This document shows, piece after piece, positions 30,106-37,665 of a stretch of 64,000 nt of DNA (its first letter is position 1; the number at the start of each line of letters is the position of its first letter). The notes under the pieces were generated by a model. It was given only the letters and a program-made list of their open reading frames with translations. It searched no databases and was not told where the DNA came from. Location of the stretch: NCBI GenBank assembly GCA_965279525.1, contig CBDIIB010000003.1, positions 384,001-448,000 of the forward strand. Reading direction: 5' to 3'. A program made the position numbers and the translations under genes. The DNA comes from Tagaea sp. (lineage in GTDB: Bacteria; Pseudomonadota; Alphaproteobacteria; CACIAM-22H2).

Positions 30106-31458
30106 CTAACTTCCCTTCTTGATGCGCTGCGAGATCTGCTCCAGTTCGGGAACAGCGCCTGCCAGAGCGGCTTCGGGCGTCATCTTCTTGAGCAGTGCCT
30201 GGCCGGCATAGTAACCGGCAACCTGATGGATCTTGGTCGATTCCATCGTCGCGGGTACCCAGTTGCGGCCCGTCGCCAGCAGATTGCCGGCGGCGTCGAG
30301 GCTGTCCTTCAGCGCCTTGGCGAGATCCGGATCGTTTCGGACGAACGTGGCGTCAGTCAGGACGGAGAGGCGCGAAGGCACACCGCCCTTGGCGAGATTC
30401 TCCATCGCTTTCGCTTTCGACGTCATCCACGCGACGAAAGCCCAGCCGGCGTCCTTCTGCCGGCTGTTGCTCGGCAGGCCGAGACTCCATCCGCCGATGG
30501 GGCCGAAACGCCCTTCCGGCCCGCGCGGCGGCGCGACATAACCGATCTTGCCGACGACCTTGGACTTTGTCGCGTCGACAAGCCAAGGCTGCAGGGACGT
30601 TGCATCAAACCACATCGCGGTCTTGCCGGACGCAAAGGCCGAAACGGCGGCATCCCACGTATAGGTCTCGATATCGGGCGGCGCGTTCGAGAGGAGATCG
30701 AGGAGATACTTGAGCGAGGCCAGCGTCTGAGGCGTATTGATCTTAACGTCCCAAGTCTTCTGGTCGAGGATGGCGCCGCCAAAGGCCGGCGTGAACAGGT
30801 CCCAGCTCAGCGCGAGAGTGCGTCCCGTCTCGGCGCGCATCGAGATGCCGTAAAGGCCCGGTTCCTTGTTCTGGAAGAACCGAGCCGTCTCGAGCAGGTC
30901 CTGCATCGTTTCGGGCGGCTTGCGACCGTATTTCTCGAAGAGATCCTTGCGGTAGGAGACGAAGAACGTCTCGCCGGCGATCGGGACGCCGACCGTCAAG
31001 CCGCCGATCGAGCCGAGGCCACTTCGATAGGCGACGTGGATGTCTTCGAAATCGTAATCCGAGGGTGTTGCGTCGGCATTCTTCAAGAACGGGCCTAAGT
31101 CCGTCAACATCCGCTTAGCGCCGTATTCGGCCAGGGCGGTGCCGCGGACCATATAGACGTCGTACGAGGAATCGCGCGCGGTCTGTGCGAGCAGCTGCTT
31201 GGACATGATCTCGCCGCCGCCGACAGTTTCCCATACGACCTTGATGCCGGTCGCCCGTTCGAAATCCGGCGTCATCGCCTTCATCGCGTCGGAGGCAGGA
31301 TGGGAGATTGCGAGCACGCGGATCGATGCGCCGTCATGCTTGCCTTTGATGGCCTTTTGCCAGCCTTCGAAATCAGCAGCTCGGGCACCCGCGGGAAAAG
31401 CTGCACCTGCGGCAACGAGGCCGCCTGCGAGGATGAGGGCGCGTCGGGAAATCGACAT
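30106..31458 (-). CDS. Carbohydrate (CUT1) ABC substrate-binding protein
   Basis: Tat-like SRRALIL; FERATGIKV, YRKDLF, GGWSLG; AGGAGG RBS. Confidence 0.9.
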   Translation of the reverse strand: MSISRRALILAGGLVAAGAAFPAGARAADFEGWQKAIKGKHDGASIRVLAISHPASDAMKAMTPDFERATGIKVVWETVGGGEIMSKQLLAQTARDSSYDVYMVRGTALAEYGAKRMLTDLGPFLKNADATPSDYDFEDIHVAYRSGLGSIGGLTVGVPIAGETFFVSYRKDLFEKYGRKPPETMQDLLETARFFQNKEPGLYGISMRAETGRTLALSWDLFTPAFGGAILDQKTWDVKINTPQTLASLKYLLDLLSNAPPDIETYTWDAAVSAFASGKTAMWFDATSLQPWLVDATKSKVVGKIGYVAPPRGPEGRFGPIGGWSLGLPSNSRQKDAGWAFVAWMTSKAKAMENLAKGGVPSRLSVLTDATFVRNDPDLAKALKDSLDAAGNLLATGRNWVPATMESTKIHQVAGYYAGQALLKKMTPEAALAGAVPELEQISQRIKKGS

Positions 31459-31478
31459 GTTTCCTCCTTGATTTCTAC

Positions 31479-31521
31479 GATTTGAGCATTTGCCCTATGT
31501 TAGGGCGTATGCTCACAAATC
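31479..31521. promoter_or_regulatory. SorC-family operator, copy 2 (upstream of CUT1 SBP)
   Basis: GATTTGAGCATTTGCCC-TATGTTA-GGGCGTATGCTCACAAATC; TGAGCA-N21-TGCTCA; overlaps minus-strand TTGACA-N17-GAGCAT. Confidence 0.75.
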
Positions 31522-31580
31522 GCTCCGACAATGTCAATGCTCGCGCGGATTCTGTCCCCTGCGGCCCTGGCGCGGCGTGC

Positions 31581-32240
31581 CTATACGTGTTCGCCGCGGA
31601 AGTCGCGGATCACGCGCGTTGCTCCGACTGCCCGCAGCGGGTGGGTATCATCAATTTGCGCGGCGTGCTGGTCTATGCCGACCGTCTCGACGCCTGCCGC
31701 TACGCCCGCGCGCACGCCGGCAGCGGAGTCTTCGTAGACGCGTGCGGCTCCAGCCTCGACACCGAGCTGCGCCAGCGCGGTCAGATAGGGAAGGGGATCG
31801 GGCTTGCCGCGCGCCAGTTCGTCGCCGATCACCAGTGTGCCGAACACCGCCAGCAGCCCGAGCCGGCCGAGGATCAATTCGGCGTTTGCGCGCGGCGCGT
31901 TGGTAACCGCGGCGATGGCAAGGCCAGCCGCTCGGGCGCGGTCGATGAGGTCGCACACGCCTGGCGTGGGCTCGATCGAAGCGAGGAGGCTGCGGAAGAG
32001 CGCTTCTTTGCGCTCGGGCAGCGCGCGCGCGATCGCCGGATCGAGCATGGGAAAGTTCCGCCCTACGATGGCGTCGCTGGTCAATCCGATGAAATCTCGC
32101 GCATAGCGTACCGGATCGATCGTCAGCCCGAGCTCGCGATGGATACGCGTCCAGGCTTCGTAGTGAACGGCCTCCGTGTCCGTCAGCGTTCCGTCGATAT
32201 CGAAGAGCAGGGCACGCAGGCGAGAGACGGGTGGCGCCAT
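31581..32240 (-). CDS. HAD-superfamily IA phosphatase (beta-PGM/CbbY-like)
   Basis: LFDIDGTL, VTNA, GKPDP, YEDS; ATG 32240. Confidence 0.88.
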   Translation of the reverse strand: MAPPVSRLRALLFDIDGTLTDTEAVHYEAWTRIHRELGLTIDPVRYARDFIGLTSDAIVGRNFPMLDPAIARALPERKEALFRSLLASIEPTPGVCDLIDRARAAGLAIAAVTNAPRANAELILGRLGLLAVFGTLVIGDELARGKPDPLPYLTALAQLGVEAGAARVYEDSAAGVRAGVAAGVETVGIDQHAAQIDDTHPLRAVGATRVIRDFRGEHV

Positions 32241-32243
32241 ATT

Positions 32244-32260
32244 ATGTAACTTTCCTACAT
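32244..32260. promoter_or_regulatory. HexR/RpiR-like operator, copy 1
   Basis: ATGTA-ACTTTCC-TACAT, 3 bp from the HAD start codon; matches copy at 32373. Confidence 0.6.
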
Positions 32261-32372
32261 TTCGTGTTGCCCACATTAATGCCAGAAAAACTGCTTGATT
32301 CACCACTTATTACGAGTATATGACAGCTCAAGAATGAGATGCGGGGTCGATTTTTGATCGATCCCCGTCAAT

Positions 32373-32389
32373 ATGTAACAAAAATACAT
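32373..32389. promoter_or_regulatory. HexR/RpiR-like operator, copy 2
   Basis: ATGTA-ACAAAAA-TACAT just upstream of the afuA RBS. Confidence 0.6.
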
Positions 32390-32403
32390 CCTCGGGAGGG
32401 ACC

Positions 32404-33429
32404 ATGATCCGGAAATCATTCGCTGTAGCGGCCCTGGTGTTCGGCATTCCGCTGACGCCGGCACACGCCCAAGGCAGCCTCAACCTATCCTGCTCCGTGC
32501 AGGTCGAGTGGTGCCAGGCCGTGGCCACGAACTTCCAGAAGGCGACCGGCATCAATGTCGCGATGACGCAGCGCGGCTCGGGCGAGGCGCTCGCCCAGCT
32601 GCGCGCCGAGGCGCAGAACCCGCGCACTGACGTGTGGTTCGGCGGCACCGGCGACCCGCACCTGATTGCAGCCGAGGAAAACCTGACAGTCGACTACAAG
32701 TCGGCCGCAAACGGCCAGCTCCAGGCTTGGGCGTTGCGCCAGTATGAAATTTCCAAAGGCCGCTCGATCGGCATCTATTCGGGCGCCATCGGCTTCGGGT
32801 TCAATACCGAACTGCTTGCCAAGAAGGGCCTGCCGGCCCCGGCCAGTTGGGCCGACATCCTGAAGCCGGCCTACAAGGGCGAAATCCAGATCGCCAACCC
32901 GAACTCGTCGGGCACGGCCTATGTCGTGATCGCCACACTCGTCCAGCTGATGGGCGAGCCCAAGGCATTCGAGTATCTCGCCGCCATGCACAAGAACGTC
33001 AATGCGTATGCGCGTTCGGGCACCGGTCCGATCAAGGCGGTGGCGCGCGGCGAGACGGCCGTGTCGCTGTCGTTCGTCCACGACGCGGTGACCGAGTCCA
33101 ATGCCGGGTTCCCGGTCGGCTGGGCCACGCCGAGCGAAGGCACGGGCTACGAGATCGGCTCGATGTCGATCGTGCGCGGGGCGCGCAACATCGCGCAGGC
33201 GCGCCGCTTCTACGACTGGGCGCTGACGCCGGAGGCCCAACGCTTGGGCTACGAAGCCGGTGGCCAGTTGCAGATGCCCTCGAACAAGGCAGCACCGCTA
33301 CCGCCAAAGGCACCGGACCTGTCGAAGTTGAAGCTCGTCGAGTACGATTTCGTCAAGTATGGCCAGGCCGCAGAACGCCGCCGCCTGCTGGCGAAGTGGG
33401 ACGCCGAGATCGGCTCGCTGCCGCGCTGA
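32404..33429 (+). CDS. afuA: AfuA-like sugar-phosphate ABC substrate-binding protein
   Basis: NPRTDVWFGGTGDPH, QIANPNSSGTAY, SFVHD, PSEGTGYEIG resemble the AfuA clade as recalled. Confidence 0.78.
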   Translation: MIRKSFAVAALVFGIPLTPAHAQGSLNLSCSVQVEWCQAVATNFQKATGINVAMTQRGSGEALAQLRAEAQNPRTDVWFGGTGDPHLIAAEENLTVDYKSAANGQLQAWALRQYEISKGRSIGIYSGAIGFGFNTELLAKKGLPAPASWADILKPAYKGEIQIANPNSSGTAYVVIATLVQLMGEPKAFEYLAAMHKNVNAYARSGTGPIKAVARGETAVSLSFVHDAVTESNAGFPVGWATPSEGTGYEIGSMSIVRGARNIAQARRFYDWALTPEAQRLGYEAGGQLQMPSNKAAPLPPKAPDLSKLKLVEYDFVKYGQAAERRRLLAKWDAEIGSLPR

Positions 33430-33463
33430 ACCACGCAACGGCGGCCGGGCCCGGAACGCATCG

Positions 33464-35674
33464 ATGAAGCGCCTCGACCCGGCCGTTGTCTGGTGGCTCC
33501 TCGCCACCGTTGGCTTCGCCATCCTGCCTTGGCACATGGCACAGGAGCCGCGGCCGATCGCTGGCTATTTCGCGGCCTTCGCAGCGGACGAGGATTCCGC
33601 CGCCGCGCTTGCACAGATGCTGGTCTTCGGGCGTTGGTGGTTCTGGCCAGTTGCTGCCTCACTCGTCCTTGCGTTACCCGCCTTCGTGCCTGATTTGCCG
33701 CGCCCACGGCGGGCGCGCTGGCTTTTGGCGGCAGGGCTCGCCGGGCTTGCGGCGGTGATCCTGCAAGGCTGGTTCGTTGGCGTGCGCGGCTGGAGCTACA
33801 ACTGGCTCGAGACCGCGTTCGGCGTGATCGATGGCCGGCAGTTCGGCATCGGTTGGGGCGGTTCCCTTGCCTTCTTCGCCTTCATGCTGATGGCGACGGA
33901 CGGGCTGGCATTGAAGGGTCGCTTCGGCGGCGACAGATTCGTATCGGCGAGCGTAGGCATCCTCGTCGCTTCGATCGCGATTTTTACCGTGTGGCCGGTG
34001 CTCACGCTGCTTGGCCAGATATTCACCGCACCTGCTGACCAGACGCTGCTTGCCGCGACTGCCGACCGGCTGTTCGCGCCGAAGATATGGAGTCTCGCCT
34101 GCGTCGTGTCGGGATCGAGCTGCGGCGTGGCGTGGAACACGATCGTGCTTGCACTTGCGACCGCGACCTGCGCCACGCTGCTCGGGCTCGCCTTCGCGCT
34201 GATCGCGACGCGCACCGGCTTCAAGCTGAAGCGCCCGTTGCGCCTGCTCACGGTGTTGCCGATCATCACGCCGCCCTTCGTCATCAGCCTCGGCCTGATC
34301 CTGATCTTCGGCCGCTCGGGCCTGGTCAACCAAGCGGCGAGTTCCTGGTTCGACGTCGAACTCGGCCGCTGGATCTATGGCTTCGACGGCGTGCTGCTCG
34401 CCCAGGTCTTCAGCTTCACGCCGACGGCCTTCCTCGTGCTGATCGGCGTGGTCGAGGGTATCTCGCCGACGATGGAGGAAGCCTCGCAGACACTGCGGGC
34501 CAGCCGCATGCGCTCGTTCCTGACCGTCACGCTGCCGCTGATGCGCCCCGGCCTCGCAAACGCCTTCCTCATCGTGTTCATCGAGAGCATTGCCGATTTC
34601 GGCAACCCCATCGTGCTCGGCGGCTCGTTCGGCGTGCTGTCGACCGAGATCTTCTTCGCCGTTGTCGGCGCGCAGGCCGATTTCGGCCGCTCGGCCACGC
34701 TTGCCTCGATCCTGCTTGTTTACGCGCTCGCAGCGTTCTTCCTGCAGCGGCGCGTCGTCGGACGAGGCTCCTACGTCTCGATGTCGGGCAAGGGGGATGC
34801 CGGCCTCGCGTCCCCGTTGCCCGTGCCGGTGGAGCGCGCTGCCTACGCGCTTGCCCTGCCGTGGGCGGCATTGACGGTCACGGTCTATGCATTGGCACTT
34901 GCCGGCGGCTTCGTCACGGTGTGGGGCCGCGACTGGACGCCGACGCTCTCGCATTTCAGCCGAGCTTTCGCGGTCGAGTTTGGCCCAGCCGGAATCATCT
35001 GGGCGGGCGGGGCGTGGAACTCGTTCTGGACGACGATCCAGCTCGCCAGCATCGCCGCCCCGCTGACGGCCGGTATCGGTCTGCTCGCGGCCTGGATTCT
35101 GGCGCGCCAGCGCTTCGCCGGGCGCGGCATGCTCGAATTCGCGCTGATGCTCAGTTTCTGCGTGCCGGGCACGGTAATCGGTGTTGCCTACGTCCTGACC
35201 TACAACATTCCGCCGGTCGAGATCACCGGCACGGCCGCGATCCTCGTGGCGTGTTTCGTGTTCCGCAACATGCCGGTCGGCGTTCGCTCGGGCCTCGCAG
35301 CGATTAGCCAACTCGACAAGAGCCTCGACGAGGCTTCGTCGACATTGCGCGCTTCGACCGCGCGCACGCTGCGCAAGGTGGTTTTGCCACTGCTCAAGCC
35401 CGCAATCGTCACGGCACTGATCTACAGCTTCGTTCGAGCGATGACGACCGTCAGCGCCGTCATCTTCCTCGTTTCGGCGCAGCACGAGATGGCAACCGTC
35501 TACATCATCAACCGCGTCATCAACGGCGATTACGGCATCGCGATCGCCTACGCGACTGTTCTGATCGTCCTGATGATGGTGGCGATCGGACTCATCCAGC
35601 TTCTGGTCGGCCGGCGGCGCATCGGCCGGCGCAGTTCCGATCCCATCCCGCACGCCGCCGGAGCGCAAGCATGA
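33464..35674 (+). CDS. afuB: AfuB-like long ABC permease
   Basis: ~736 aa with extra N-terminal TM region; LPIITPPFV, MEEASQTLRA, ADFGNP, LDEASSTLRA. Confidence 0.8.
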   Translation: MKRLDPAVVWWLLATVGFAILPWHMAQEPRPIAGYFAAFAADEDSAAALAQMLVFGRWWFWPVAASLVLALPAFVPDLPRPRRARWLLAAGLAGLAAVILQGWFVGVRGWSYNWLETAFGVIDGRQFGIGWGGSLAFFAFMLMATDGLALKGRFGGDRFVSASVGILVASIAIFTVWPVLTLLGQIFTAPADQTLLAATADRLFAPKIWSLACVVSGSSCGVAWNTIVLALATATCATLLGLAFALIATRTGFKLKRPLRLLTVLPIITPPFVISLGLILIFGRSGLVNQAASSWFDVELGRWIYGFDGVLLAQVFSFTPTAFLVLIGVVEGISPTMEEASQTLRASRMRSFLTVTLPLMRPGLANAFLIVFIESIADFGNPIVLGGSFGVLSTEIFFAVVGAQADFGRSATLASILLVYALAAFFLQRRVVGRGSYVSMSGKGDAGLASPLPVPVERAAYALALPWAALTVTVYALALAGGFVTVWGRDWTPTLSHFSRAFAVEFGPAGIIWAGGAWNSFWTTIQLASIAAPLTAGIGLLAAWILARQRFAGRGMLEFALMLSFCVPGTVIGVAYVLTYNIPPVEITGTAAILVACFVFRNMPVGVRSGLAAISQLDKSLDEASSTLRASTARTLRKVVLPLLKPAIVTALIYSFVRAMTTVSAVIFLVSAQHEMATVYIINRVINGDYGIAIAYATVLIVLMMVAIGLIQLLVGRRRIGRRSSDPIPHAAGAQA

Positions 35675-36744
35675 CCGACAGCACCCGCAAGAACGCCGGC
35701 GTCCGGCTCGATGGAATCGTCAAGCGCTACGGCAGCGTCGTGGCCGTCAAGAAGCTGTCGCTGGACATTAAACCGGGCACGCTCGTCACGCTGCTCGGCC
35801 CATCAGGCTGTGGCAAGACAACATTGCTGCGCATGGTCGCGGGACTTGAAGTACCCAGCGAAGGCCGCATCGAAATCGGTGGAACGGACGTCACCCAGCT
35901 TTCGGCGCGCGAGCGCAACGTCTCGATGGTGTTCCAGTCCTACGCCTTGTTCCCGCATATGAACGTCACCGAGAATGTCGCGTACGGCCTCATCTCCAGC
36001 GGCATGAACAAGCCGGATGCAGCGAAGAAGGCCATGCGGGCACTCGAAACTGTCGGCCTCTCGGGGTATGGCGAGCGGCTGCCTTCCGAGATGTCGGGCG
36101 GCCAGCAGCAACGCGTTGCGGTGGCACGCGCACTGGTGCTGGAGCCTGACGTGCTGCTTTTTGACGAACCACTATCGAATCTTGACGCACGGCTGCGCCG
36201 CTCGATGCGCGAAGAGATCCGTGCCCTGCAGCAGGCGCTGGGGCTTACGGCCGTTTACGTCACGCACGACCAGAGCGAGGCGCTGGCGGTTTCCGATACG
36301 ATCGTCGTGATGCGTGCGGCCGAGATCGCGCAAGCCGGGACTCCTGCCGAACTCTATGACGCGCCCCGCGACGTGTTTGTCGCGACGTTCATGGGCGAGG
36401 CGAACCATGTGCGCGGGCGCCTCGACGCCAAGAACGGCGCCGTCGGCCGCGTGGCGCTCGACCGCGCTTTCGTGGATCTGCCACACCGCGAACTGCCGCT
36501 CGGCCCGATCGACCTGGTCATCCGCCCAGAGGCGATAAGTCTGGCGGCACCCGATGCAGCCGGCGACGCGCTGGAAGGCCGTGTGGCGCGCGCGACCTTC
36601 ATGGGCTCGCATGTCGAGTATCATGTTGATACCGCACTCGGCGACCTGTTCGCCGTGGTCCCACGCGCCGCAACCTTCCGGCCGGTCGGGTCATCTGTGC
36701 GTGTGCTGCTCGATCCGAAAGGCGCGATTCTCGTTCGTCCGTAG
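35671..36744 (+). CDS. afuC: AfuC/FbpC ABC ATP-binding protein
   Basis: GPSGCGKT, MSGGQQQR, LFDEPLSNLD. Confidence 0.85.
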   Translation: MTDSTRKNAGVRLDGIVKRYGSVVAVKKLSLDIKPGTLVTLLGPSGCGKTTLLRMVAGLEVPSEGRIEIGGTDVTQLSARERNVSMVFQSYALFPHMNVTENVAYGLISSGMNKPDAAKKAMRALETVGLSGYGERLPSEMSGGQQQRVAVARALVLEPDVLLFDEPLSNLDARLRRSMREEIRALQQALGLTAVYVTHDQSEALAVSDTIVVMRAAEIAQAGTPAELYDAPRDVFVATFMGEANHVRGRLDAKNGAVGRVALDRAFVDLPHRELPLGPIDLVIRPEAISLAAPDAAGDALEGRVARATFMGSHVEYHVDTALGDLFAVVPRAATFRPVGSSVRVLLDPKGAILVRP

Positions 36745-36796
36745 TTGTCGCCTTTCCATAACGGGCGACAGGAGCGAGGATCCACAGTCGGTGCCC

Positions 36797-37492
36797 CGGC
36801 AGACGCGCAAGAAGTACTCGTCGGAAGGGAAGATCCGGATCGTGATCTCGGGGCTCCGCGGCGAGCACTCGATCGCCGAGCTGTGCCGGCGGGAGGGGAT
36901 CGCGGAGAGCCTGTATTACGTGTGGTCCAAGGAGTTCATGTCGACCGGCAAGAAGCGGCTGGCCGGCCACACCGAGCGCCAGGCGTCGTCGGGCGACGGC
37001 TGCGTGTGTTGACGTTGTTCGATATCTACGCCCGGGAATCCCTGGCCATCGAGGTCGACAAGGGCCTCACTGGCGAGGAGTCGCCGATATCCTTCGGCGT
37101 GTCGTTACCCGAAGGGGCGCACCCGCGCGTATTCGTCTCGATAACAATCCCGAGTTCGTCTCGACCGCACTCGATCGATGGGCCTACGAGAACGGCGTCA
37201 CGCTGGACTTCAGCCGGCCCGGCAAGCCGATCGACAACACTTATGTCGAATCATTCAATGGCAGGCTGCGCGAAGAATGTCTGAATGTGCATTGGTTCTT
37301 GTCTCTGGACGACGCCCGGAACAAGATCGAGGCGTGGCGGCGGTTCTACTACGAGAGCCGTCCTCACACGGTCCTTGGCAGCAAAACGCCGAACGAGTTC
37401 GCCTTGTCCGCCGGGCTTCGGCCCGCGTCATGAGGTGAAGAAAAGGGCTCGAAGCTCACTCCCGAGCTGGTTGGGAAACCGGGGCACAGTCA
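36797..37492 (+). mobile_element. Degenerate IS3-family remnant (OrfA fragment joined to frameshifted OrfB integrase core; right end preserved)
   Basis: OrfA RQTRKKYSSEGKIRIVISGLRGEHSIAELCRREGIAESLYY (36797-36990); OrfB GRRLRVLTLFDIYARESLAIEV from 36991, frameshift ~37080, then RLDNNPEF...FSRPGKPIDNTYVESFNGRLREECLN...RPH, stop 37433; end ...CGGGGCACAGTCA at 37492. Confidence 0.85.
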
Positions 37493-37665
37493 ACTTTTTT
37501 CCAGGTAGACTGTTCCGGAGTAGTTGGAAAAGTGGGACACTCTTGGGCGAGAAGTAGTGGAAAATCATGGTTTGCAAAAATGTCCCACCTCAACATAAGG
37601 CTATGTTTCATTTAACTTTTCGTGCTCCGACCCTGGGCACCACTTCTTCTTTCCCGACATAGGCC

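Noticed and set aside
37580-37620. Chromosomal dif site
   Set aside because: Only a XerD-like half matches; no convincing XerC arm at 6-bp spacing.
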